Shown one piece after another: positions 1 through 7,383 of a DNA stretch of 64,000 nt. The notes under the pieces were generated by a model that saw only the letters and a list, made by a program, of their open reading frames with translations, was not told the origin of the DNA and searched no databases. The position numbers were made by a program, and so were the translations under genes. The stretch is from an uncultured Bryobacteraceae bacterium (GTDB lineage: Bacteria; Acidobacteriota; Terriglobia; Bryobacterales; Bryobacteraceae), in NCBI GenBank assembly GCA_964245395.1, contig CAXTMN010000001.1:56552-120551 (forward strand), in the 5' to 3' direction. Within the stretch, counting starts at the first letter, position 1. Every line of letters begins with the position of its first letter.

Positions 1-76
1 GGAGATGAAGTGATTCGTACCTGATTTTGGCGCACTCCGGGTATGATGCGTGCCCAGGACCCGGTGCGGGAGCGAA

Positions 77-772
77 TCAGGCGGCGGTTTGGATGCGATT
101 CGTCTCTGGGAGAAGCTCGATTGGAGGCGCAACCGGCTGTTCTGAGCTGTCGCCTTTGCCCTGGCGAGTGCTGGCGGCTGCCTGGTAGTGACTAATGCGC
201 GCTTTTGTGAGCTGAAGACGAACTTCGTGGAGTTCCTCCCTGCGGATTTCGGCGGCTTGCTGACGCTTTTCGGCCGCTTCACGACGGACTTCTGCGGCGG
301 TAACCCGTTTTTGCGATTCGAACCCAATTTGCCCTGACACTTCGGCGGTGCTCTTCAGGCGGTCGGCCTGGATCTGCCGATATTGATCCAGAGTTTTGTC
401 GAACGATCGCTGGTGAGTGGTTTGGTAGCGCAGGAAAAGAGCAAGCTGCTTCGGGTCGTAGGTTTCGGGCTTGTCGGGATGGAGGCACAAGTCCTGAAGA
501 AGAATGGAACGCTGAACGAGCCAGTAGTGTTTGGTGATGCTTTCGATGAGTAGACGTTCGGTGACGGTGACAGGCTTAAGGTCGCCAATGAAACGTTCTC
601 GCAAGGAGTTATATTCTTCCTGCCGTTCCCAGCTCATCACTTTGAAGGTGTTGCCGGTTAGGCCAAAGCGGTAGTTGTTCTGGCTGGAGGCGGCTTTGCC
701 AGTGCCTGTTTGAGGGCCGGTTGAATTTTCGGCGTTGAGGCGATTTGCGGCGATCTGAGCGGCGGTGGACAT
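77..772 (-). CDS. hypothetical protein (charged helical C-terminal half)
   Basis: 231-aa ORF. The N-terminus reads MSTAAQIAANRLNAENSTGP and the C-terminal half is rich in R/E/K/Q (AEVRREAAEKRQQAAEIRREEL). No catalytic motif recognised. Confidence 0.5.
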   Translation of the reverse strand: MSTAAQIAANRLNAENSTGPQTGTGKAASSQNNYRFGLTGNTFKVMSWERQEEYNSLRERFIGDLKPVTVTERLLIESITKHYWLVQRSILLQDLCLHPDKPETYDPKQLALFLRYQTTHQRSFDKTLDQYRQIQADRLKSTAEVSGQIGFESQKRVTAAEVRREAAEKRQQAAEIRREELHEVRLQLTKARISHYQAAASTRQGKGDSSEQPVAPPIELLPETNRIQTAA

Positions 773-919
773 GAAGAAAAGCTCCTGAGACGCGAAAAAG
801 CCGGACAGGAGGTGATCCTCGTCCGGCTTGATGCGAAAAGTGGGAGGCTCGGCGGCCGTCCTGATATCAGGATACAGGACCGTGGCAAGCGTTTCCGTGT
901 AAGTTGTTGAAAGAAGGGG

Positions 920-954
920 AAAAACTACCAGTGACTGCTCGCGGTCACTGGTAG
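920..954 (-). terminator. rho-independent terminator downstream of the 1090..1995 ORF
   Basis: Read on the minus strand: perfect 11-bp stem ctaccagtgac/gtcactggtag, 8-nt loop, followed directly by TTTTT. It lies about 135 nt after the stop of the 301-aa ORF. Confidence 0.6.
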
Positions 955-1089
955 CGCTTCGGCTGAGTGCCTCAGGAAGGCGCTTCAGATTCTTTCGGGT
1001 AGCTAATTCGGCGTTCCGGTACCGTCCTTCACTGCATGATTAAGCCATGGCCCGAAACGGTGCAGATGTTGTGTATGACAAGGCCGGTC

Positions 1090-1995
1090 CTATTGTTCCA
1101 ATAGCATTTGCGGAGGACGGTCTGAGTGAAGGACTTCTAAGACTTTCAAGACGTCCTGCTGTACGCTTACTACCTCGTTATCGAAGCCATATCGAACCGT
1201 ACTCCTAACGAGCGCTTTCAGGGAGTCACCAGGGAATAACACAATCCCTCCGCTTCGGAAGGCATTTAGCCATTCCAGATCACCGACCCTTGCGGCTACG
1301 ATTCGGCCGTCATACACAAATTCCCACATTGACTCACCTAAGAAATCGGGCTTTTTGACACGAAGTATCATAGGCCCTTCGCTGGCCATCTGCTCCCTAA
1401 CGAGCAAATCATCTATCTGTTTCGGAGATACGGAGAATGAGAGGTTTATGTCAATAACTTCGAGCTGTGTAAGATATTTAGCTGCATCGTTTTTCGTAAG
1501 CACCGATGGCGCATCTCCGAGCGTTTTTAACGCACGAGCGATCTCCAAGGTTGGTACTGGGCGATACGTAGGTATTCGAAGCACATCAGTTTCTTCAGCA
1601 TTCTGAAGCAAGTTCGATTGAAGACCGGCTAGTTCCGACGTGGACTGGATGGTGGTTCGTTTGTCTATGAAGTTAATCAGAGTTTTCTTTCCCTGAACCA
1701 AATATGCGCCTATAAGTTTCTTGTAGTCGCCGCTCTTAAGCGCTTCACTATCGATAGACTCTAGGGTGTTCTTTAGCCAAACCAATATGGACCCGGCCTC
1801 AATGTCCTCCAAAAGAAGAATGGGCTGGATACGGGGATTGATAGAAGAAAGAAGTACTCCGTCTATGAATCCGAACGAATCTATGTATGAAGTCATTGCG
1901 CGGAATACACGAGAGGGGGCGGCGCTGTTTCGCTCAAAGTCTATTTCGATACCAAACTCGTCGAGTCCTCGTTGACCAACAACAAGTGCCGCCAT
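1090..1995 (-). CDS. hypothetical protein, partner of the RusA-like ORF
   Basis: 301-aa uninterrupted ORF, 38 bp downstream of and co-oriented with 2034..2666. No recognisable motif. DNA looks more AT-rich than the window average (by eye, not computed). Confidence 0.6.
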   Translation of the reverse strand: MAALVVGQRGLDEFGIEIDFERNSAAPSRVFRAMTSYIDSFGFIDGVLLSSINPRIQPILLLEDIEAGSILVWLKNTLESIDSEALKSGDYKKLIGAYLVQGKKTLINFIDKRTTIQSTSELAGLQSNLLQNAEETDVLRIPTYRPVPTLEIARALKTLGDAPSVLTKNDAAKYLTQLEVIDINLSFSVSPKQIDDLLVREQMASEGPMILRVKKPDFLGESMWEFVYDGRIVAARVGDLEWLNAFRSGGIVLFPGDSLKALVRSTVRYGFDNEVVSVQQDVLKVLEVLHSDRPPQMLLEQ

Positions 1996-2033
1996 TTATG
2001 TTCTAGACCCGGTTGAATGTTATCAGAGCAATC

Positions 2034-2666
2034 TCAGATTAGGCGCCCACCAACAAAGATGGCTGAGGGGTCTACCACGCTTACTCGAATCACAAGATCC
2101 ACATCGTGAATGCCTTCGTTAGACTCCTGCGGAGTTAATAGGCGATCCGTCGTGACAGAAATTTGGGTTACTAATGCATCATCCTCAAGCAGGCAATGGA
2201 ACGGGTTTTCATCTGGTTCAATTTGGAACCCGCCAAGCTCGGGGAATGTATCCGGCATTCTTAGGCCATCCATGAGCACTTTGATGCGGTTGTCTAGGTC
2301 ACCGCCAGATCTAATCAGATTCCCTGGACCATCCCTTCGCAGGAACAAGATATCAAGCGAACAAGTTAAGCCCCCTTCCTTGGTGACTAGCGGCACGAAC
2401 CTACCACCGAACCTCTGATGATCGTCAGCTATGTGCTCGATCCAGGGCTTGGTGTCAGGCACCCCGGCCGGTACTCGGTGGATCTGGCCGAGAAGTTTGT
2501 AATAGTGCAACTCACTTTGTCGCTTCAAATCAGGGTGTTGTTGCCATAGCTCTCGCAATTGCTTGTGAAAATGCTTTCGTAGTCGATGCTTGTCCTTTAC
2601 CCGGCTGCCTCCTTTCCCGCTCGCCGCAGCTGGCAAAGGGCCCTTATAGATCAGCCTGAAATCCAC
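2034..2666 (-). CDS. RusA-fold (Holliday-junction resolvase-like) nuclease-related protein, atypically long
   Basis: 210-aa ORF with a GTG start. The motif GGDLDNRIKVLMDGL, then about 25 aa, then LLEDDALVTQISV matches the RusA acidic-cluster pattern D-x-D-N-x2-K-x3-D-x-L ... D-D-x2-V. It has an N-terminal extension and an internal insertion relative to the ~120-aa RusA. Confidence 0.5.
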   Translation of the reverse strand: MDFRLIYKGPLPAAASGKGGSRVKDKHRLRKHFHKQLRELWQQHPDLKRQSELHYYKLLGQIHRVPAGVPDTKPWIEHIADDHQRFGGRFVPLVTKEGGLTCSLDILFLRRDGPGNLIRSGGDLDNRIKVLMDGLRMPDTFPELGGFQIEPDENPFHCLLEDDALVTQISVTTDRLLTPQESNEGIHDVDLVIRVSVVDPSAIFVGGRLI

Positions 2667-2726
2667 GAAGCTACCAGTTTCAGGTTCATAGTCGTAATAT
2701 GCGAAGTTGTGACGTGTGTAAGCGCA

Positions 2727-3167
2727 TTAGACTACTGATTTAGTGTTTGTGTTGTCACGCCGCGGCGTCGAACCGGTCCTACTTCTTGTGAGCGTATCTG
2801 AAAGCCGGTGTAGGATCTTCGACGTTTGGACGCCCTTGGTCAAAAGAAAACATCCCTTTGCAGCGAGATTATTCGCTTTCATAAGGTGCCGGACGATCTC
2901 TGCCTGCGTAGCACCTGGAACGATCACAAACCGCTTTTCATAGTCGTGGATCAGCAGCATTAACACGCCAACTAGCTCTTCTTGTTCAGGCGTGAGGTGG
3001 TCCTGGTTGACTAGTGTCTTTAGCAGCTCGATAAAACGCTCATTGTCCTCGTCGTCCCTGATGATGTGTGGCCGTGTCTGCATTAGTAGTGAGCCGTATG
3101 TCTCATTAATTGCGCTGTTCAGAAAACTCCCTGCTTCTCCTGCTCCCTTTTTTGACTTTTCTTCCAC
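2727..3167 (-). CDS. higA: HigA-type antitoxin (HTH)
   Basis: It lies downstream of the HigB-like ORF, which is the toxin-first order typical of higBA. The IIRDDEDNERFIELLKTL...VGVLMLLIHDYEKRF segment is typical of HigA partners of the HigB_toxin family. The true start may be the internal ATG at 3083, because the 3167 start overlaps higB by 49 nt. Confidence 0.65.
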   Translation of the reverse strand: MEEKSKKGAGEAGSFLNSAINETYGSLLMQTRPHIIRDDEDNERFIELLKTLVNQDHLTPEQEELVGVLMLLIHDYEKRFVIVPGATQAEIVRHLMKANNLAAKGCFLLTKGVQTSKILHRLSDTLTRSRTGSTPRRDNTNTKSVV

Positions 3168-3538
3168 TCATTCCGGTCGTACTCAGCATGCTTCATGAGC
3201 CGTTTGAAGAAAATCATCTTGTGTTGATAGTTGATCTGTACAACCAACCGGAACTGATTGCCGCAAATATTGAAGACCGTGTATATTCGACTCCCGATAG
3301 TGATGCCATCGGCATCTGGATAGATCTTTCGAATATCCTCCAGGCTGCCCCATTTCCGTTTTCGATGCAACTCTTTCTCATGAATCAACTTCAGTTGCTG
3401 CGGCCCGATGCTTGTTCTCTGAGCATGCCGCCACAGAGCCGAGATAGGCGCCGAAAGATCCTGATGCGGCATCCTGAGAATCAACGCCGTTGCACAAAGA
3501 ACCTGTTTGCAGTATTCGAGTTCCCGTGGATGTATCAC
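3119..3538 (-). CDS. higB: HigB-family toxin (RelE-fold mRNA interferase), N-terminus atypically long
   Basis: The C-terminal core VFNICGNQFRLVVQINYQHKMIFFKRLMKHAEYD matches the HigB_toxin signature (GN-x-YRL...THAEYD). The ORF is 139 aa versus about 100 aa typical. Its N-terminal part contains the 57-nt patch shared with 14193..14249. Confidence 0.7.
   Translation of the reverse strand: MIHPRELEYCKQVLCATALILRMPHQDLSAPISALWRHAQRTSIGPQQLKLIHEKELHRKRKWGSLEDIRKIYPDADGITIGSRIYTVFNICGNQFRLVVQINYQHKMIFFKRLMKHAEYDRNEWKKSQKREQEKQGVF
3434..3490. repeat. 57-nt patch, 56/57 identical to 14193..14249
   Basis: Manual alignment: cagagccgagataggc[g/a]ccgaaagatcctgatgcggcatcctgagaatcaacgccgt occurs at both sites in the same orientation. 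Confidence 0.9.
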
Positions 3539-3715
3539 GCTCTACCCGTAGATGTGAGCCTCGGCGCGGATAGATCATGTGTGACGGCGCAGCGTGAAGT
3601 AGGCGCATCTGGTTCGGAGGTATAGACGTGCTCGCATTTAACTAGCGAGAAATCCCCTTCGCACAAATGTAGGTTCGTGGATGCGAAGGGCTGTTATAGA
3701 CAGCCATCGCAAGAG

Positions 3716-4068
3716 TCACTGACGCCGATGCACCGGCTGAATCACCTAAGAAAAAGTGTTCTTTTCGATCGCAAAGCGGTCGAGCGAGATACGAAAAGGC
3801 TGCGAGTGGCTTGCGCATTCGCTTCACACACTCTCCCAAATTGAACGCCCCTCTGGAGCATTGGCAGCAAGACACTTTCGTGGCCCGGTGGCCCGACCGC
3901 TCCATGGATGCGGACGCCTACATCACCTTCTCGCTCAACCCCGACGGAACAATCGAAAGCGCCAAAATGAAGCCGGTCTCTCCGCTCACCGACTTCAGTT
4001 TCGACTTCCAGCATATAGCCCTAAAACCGGTGCCTAAAGACGCTGCCGCGTGGTAAGTGGCGGGATTT
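3716..4068 (+). pseudogene. internally deleted copy of the serine-hydrolase gene 5686..7350 (5' ~77 nt fused to 3' ~270 nt)
   Basis: 3716..3792 matches 5673..5750 (start region, MHRLNHLRK...). 3795..4068 matches 7089..7362 with about 4 mismatches (LRIRFTHSPKLNAPLEHWQQDTF...KPVPKDAA). The two parts are out of frame with each other. Confidence 0.85.
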
Positions 4069-4197
4069 CGCAGCCGGGTGATTGGTGAAATTCCGCCGAT
4101 TATTAGGAAACCCTTGGCGACCAAGCAGGAATAACCATACCTGGCTCTCAAAGGTCCCGTCGATCACCTGGATTTAGTAAGCGATACTCGGACTGTA

Positions 4198-4434
4198 GTG
4201 GCGCCAAGCGACACATCGTCGAAAGTGAACGAAGTCTACTTCCAACGACTTGGGGCAATGACTCCCGCCGAACGAGCACGCCTTGGTGCTGCGCTTTGGG
4301 AGGCTGGGCACGCTCTTCAATGGGCTGCGGCCCGCCGCAGGCATCCGGAGGCTGATGAGGCCGAGCTTGCATTTCACGTGGCAGTCACCCGTTTTGGAGC
4401 AGAACTGGCGCGAGCGGCTTATCGAAAGGCGTGA
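4198..4434 (+). CDS. small helical protein, putative partner/antitoxin of the downstream nucleotidyltransferase
   Basis: 78-aa ORF. Its stop overlaps the next start by 4 nt (ATGA), suggesting translational coupling. Confidence 0.5.
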   Translation: MAPSDTSSKVNEVYFQRLGAMTPAERARLGAALWEAGHALQWAAARRRHPEADEAELAFHVAVTRFGAELARAAYRKA

Positions 4435-5012
4435 TGGCGCCCGCCGACGCCTTCGACATCCTACGCGTCGCGCTGGAGCAAGCCAGGATTCGGTACGCAA
4501 TCGGAGGCTCCTGGGCGAGCACCGCTTTCGGTGAGCCTCGTTTTACAAATGATGTAGACATTCTGGCGGACGTGACGCCGGAAAATTTAGAGGTGTTTCT
4601 TCGCCATTTGCCCGCGACATTCTACGCCGACGGGGAGGAGGCACTCAACGCAATTGGCCGGGGCAGACCTTTCAATGTGATTCATATGCCCACGGTACTG
4701 AAGTTCGATCTGTTTCCTTCGAGTGCGTTCCCGATAGGCAGTGAAGAACTGAACCGCGCTGTTTTGTTGGAAGATACTGGGCTGTCGAAAGGGCCAGCGT
4801 GGTTCGTCACACCAGAGGACATTTTGCTCGCTAAATTGTATTGGTTCAAATTAGGCGGTGAGGTATCCGAGGTGCAATGGCGCGACATAACGGGCATTGT
4901 TCGCGCATGCTCTGCGACGCTCGATCGTGCATATCTCGAGCGTGCCGCCTCGCAGTTGGAGGTTTGCGCTATGCTGCACCGATCGCTTGGCCAATCTGAA
5001 CTGGACGGATAA
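4431..5012 (+). CDS. minimal nucleotidyltransferase-fold protein (MNT/DUF6036-like)
   Basis: YAIGGSWASTAFGEPRFTNDVDILAD fits the pol-beta NTase motif G-[GS]-x9-13-D-x-D. Length is 193 aa. Confidence 0.6.
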   Translation: MMAPADAFDILRVALEQARIRYAIGGSWASTAFGEPRFTNDVDILADVTPENLEVFLRHLPATFYADGEEALNAIGRGRPFNVIHMPTVLKFDLFPSSAFPIGSEELNRAVLLEDTGLSKGPAWFVTPEDILLAKLYWFKLGGEVSEVQWRDITGIVRACSATLDRAYLERAASQLEVCAMLHRSLGQSELDG

Positions 5013-5112
5013 ACTCGTGAGCGACGGCAGATGCAGTTTAATTGCGAGCGTCGTTCCGTATCTTCGATTACCAGATGTATCCTGGCAGAACTTGATCGGA
5101 GTCTTCTCTAAT

Positions 5113-5627
5113 GTGCAGACGGTTCTTCAATGCTTTTTGGTGGCCCTCTTAGCCGCCAGGTTGGACGCACAGTCGATATTGGAGAAGCTTAAACAGTCGG
5201 ATCATCCCCAAGGCTAGGAAGCGCTAGCGCACAGGGATCAGGTAAGCCTTGAAGGCGACGTGCGCTGGATCCAAGATCAACTTGGATTACACCGCCCTAC
5301 TCAGCTACTGCTCCTCGACGAGAAACATTGCATACTTTCCCTGGATTTCCCTATTCGTTTGCTGTTTCAGATGGTCGACAGGCACTGATCGTGGTTCCGG
5401 TGGATATCGGAAGCCTGGCATCTGGGGTGGAAGGATCCAAGGAATTGAGAGGGGATTTGATGCTGTTCCATGAGGCCGGACATATCTATGCCGATGCGGC
5501 CAAGTTAGAAAACATTCATGATGCGCTCACGGATTTGTATGCTGATCTTTTCGCTACATCGTACATTCGAGCAAAAGCGGCCGGATCTCTCCTCCGTTCT
5601 CAGGATAGGTCCGCCTGGAAAAGGTAA
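5113..5627 (+). pseudogene. decayed secreted HExxH (zinc-metallopeptidase-like) protein gene
   Basis: GTG start followed by a signal-like VQTVLQCFLVALLAARLDAQS. There is an in-frame TAG at 5215..5217 and a frame change near 5330. The downstream part carries LFHEAGHIY. Confidence 0.4.
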
Positions 5628-5685
5628 TCTGCCGCGGTTCTCTCGCCTGGTGGCGGGTCCCCTTCGCAATCGTCACTGACGCCAG

Positions 5686-7350
5686 ATGCACCGGCTGAAT
5701 CACCTAAGAAAAACTATTCTTTTCGATCGCAAAGCGGTCGAGCGAGATACTGTGCTGATAACTGCCAATCCATCCGGGCTACGGAGTACAAAATATGCGC
5801 CTCTCATCCAACTCTGCCTTTTTGCTCTAGCGGTCTTCCCCATATGCGCCCAAGAGTATCTCGACAAAGTCGTCGAACAAGCCCGCAAAGAATTCAACGT
5901 GCCCGGCATCGCGGTGGCCATAGTGAAGGACGGCAAAGTGGTTATAGAAAAGGGTTATGGCGTGCGCCGTCTCGGCAACCCTGCACCAATCACGACCCAT
6001 ACCATCTTCGGCATCGCTTCTAACACCAAGGTTTTCACCTCAGCCGCTCTCGCCATGCTTGTCGACGAAGGTAAACTCGCTTGGGACGACCGCGTCGTTG
6101 ACCGCCTTCCCGGCTTTCAAATGTCAGATGCCTACGTCACTCGTGAAATGCGCATTCGTGACCTGCTCTGTCATCGCAGCGGCCTCCCGTTAGGCGGCGG
6201 CGATCTTATGTTTTGGCCCGGCACTGACCTCACGTCTGATCAAGTAAATTACCGGCTTCGCTTCGTGCCGCTCGAGACAAGCTTCCGCAGCGCCTATGCT
6301 TATGACAACATTCTTTACAACGTCGCCGGCGCCGTCTTGAAGCAAGTGTCTGGCGAGTCATGGTCCGACTTCATCAAGGATCGCTTTTTCGCGCCGCTCA
6401 ACATGCACGACAGCAAGACCAGCATCCGCGACATTGATGATTCAACCGACGTTGTCGCGCCGCACGCCATGGTTGATGGCAAATTGCAAGCTGTTGCTCA
6501 TGGCTCGCTCGACAACAACGCACCCGCTGGCGCCATTGTGTCCTCTGTAGATGATATGAGCCGCTGGATGATGGTGCTGCTCAACAAGGGCGACCTGGGC
6601 AATGGCAAGCGTCTCTTAAGTGAAAAGCAAGCCCGCGTTCTATGGACACCGCTCACCATTCTCCCAGTAGGTGAGTCGCCCGCCGAACTCGTAGAAGTGC
6701 ATCCCTATTTCGCGGACTACGCCATGGGCGAAGTCCTGCGTGACTATCGCGGACATTTGCTCGTTTACCACACCGGCGGCCTGCAAGGCATGGTCAGTAT
6801 TGTGGCCATGTTGCCGGAGTTGCACGCCGGTGTCGTGGTTCTCACCAACCAGGAATCCGAAGCCGCCTTCCAATCTATCGCCGATACCGTGTTCGATCAT
6901 TACCTCCAAGCGCCGCCCAAAGACTGGGTAACCGCCATGGGTAAGGTGGTCAAGCGCCACATGGACGAAGCCGAGAAGACAGTGGCAGATGCTGGGTCTA
7001 AACGCGACGCGTCATCGAAGCCCTCAATTCCTCTCGATTCTTATGCCGGACGTTACCGCGATCCCTGGTATGGCGACGTCGTGATCGAAAAAGGTGCGAG
7101 TGGCTTGCGCATTCGCTTCACACACTCTCCTAAATTGAACGCCCCTCTGGAGCATTGGCAGCAAGACACTTTCGTGGCCCGGTGGCCCGACCGCTCCATG
7201 GATGCGGACGCCTACATCACCTTCTCGCTCAACCCCGACGGAACAATCGAAAGCGCCAAAATGAAGCCGGTCTCTCCGCTCACCGACTTCAGTTTCGACT
7301 TCCAGCATCTAGCCCTAAAACCGGTGCCTAAAGACGCTGCCCCGTGGTAA
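5686..7350 (+). CDS. beta-lactamase-family serine hydrolase with C-terminal DUF3471-like domain
   Basis: S-x-x-K motif in FGIASNTKVFTSAAL. N-terminal hydrophobic signal LCLFALAVFPICAQE. 554 aa. The true start is uncertain. Confidence 0.8.
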   Translation: MHRLNHLRKTILFDRKAVERDTVLITANPSGLRSTKYAPLIQLCLFALAVFPICAQEYLDKVVEQARKEFNVPGIAVAIVKDGKVVIEKGYGVRRLGNPAPITTHTIFGIASNTKVFTSAALAMLVDEGKLAWDDRVVDRLPGFQMSDAYVTREMRIRDLLCHRSGLPLGGGDLMFWPGTDLTSDQVNYRLRFVPLETSFRSAYAYDNILYNVAGAVLKQVSGESWSDFIKDRFFAPLNMHDSKTSIRDIDDSTDVVAPHAMVDGKLQAVAHGSLDNNAPAGAIVSSVDDMSRWMMVLLNKGDLGNGKRLLSEKQARVLWTPLTILPVGESPAELVEVHPYFADYAMGEVLRDYRGHLLVYHTGGLQGMVSIVAMLPELHAGVVVLTNQESEAAFQSIADTVFDHYLQAPPKDWVTAMGKVVKRHMDEAEKTVADAGSKRDASSKPSIPLDSYAGRYRDPWYGDVVIEKGASGLRIRFTHSPKLNAPLEHWQQDTFVARWPDRSMDADAYITFSLNPDGTIESAKMKPVSPLTDFSFDFQHLALKPVPKDAAPW

Positions 7351-7362
7351 GCGGCGGGATTT
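7089..7362. repeat. parent copy of the ~270-nt direct repeat shared with 3795..4068
   Basis: Manual alignment shows about 4 mismatches. Confidence 0.85.
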
Positions 7363-7383
7363 TGACCAATGACTACCCAACAG

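Noticed and set aside
3434-3490. DGR template/variable repeat pair
   Set aside because: There is only one mismatch (G/A) and no adenine-specific pattern. No reverse transcriptase gene is in the window, and the patch is not at the 3' end of either gene.
3742-4014. 90-aa minus-strand ORF duplicated at 7024..7308
   Set aside because: Both are antisense to the DUF3471-like coding repeat. The duplication reflects the DNA repeat and not a conserved gene.
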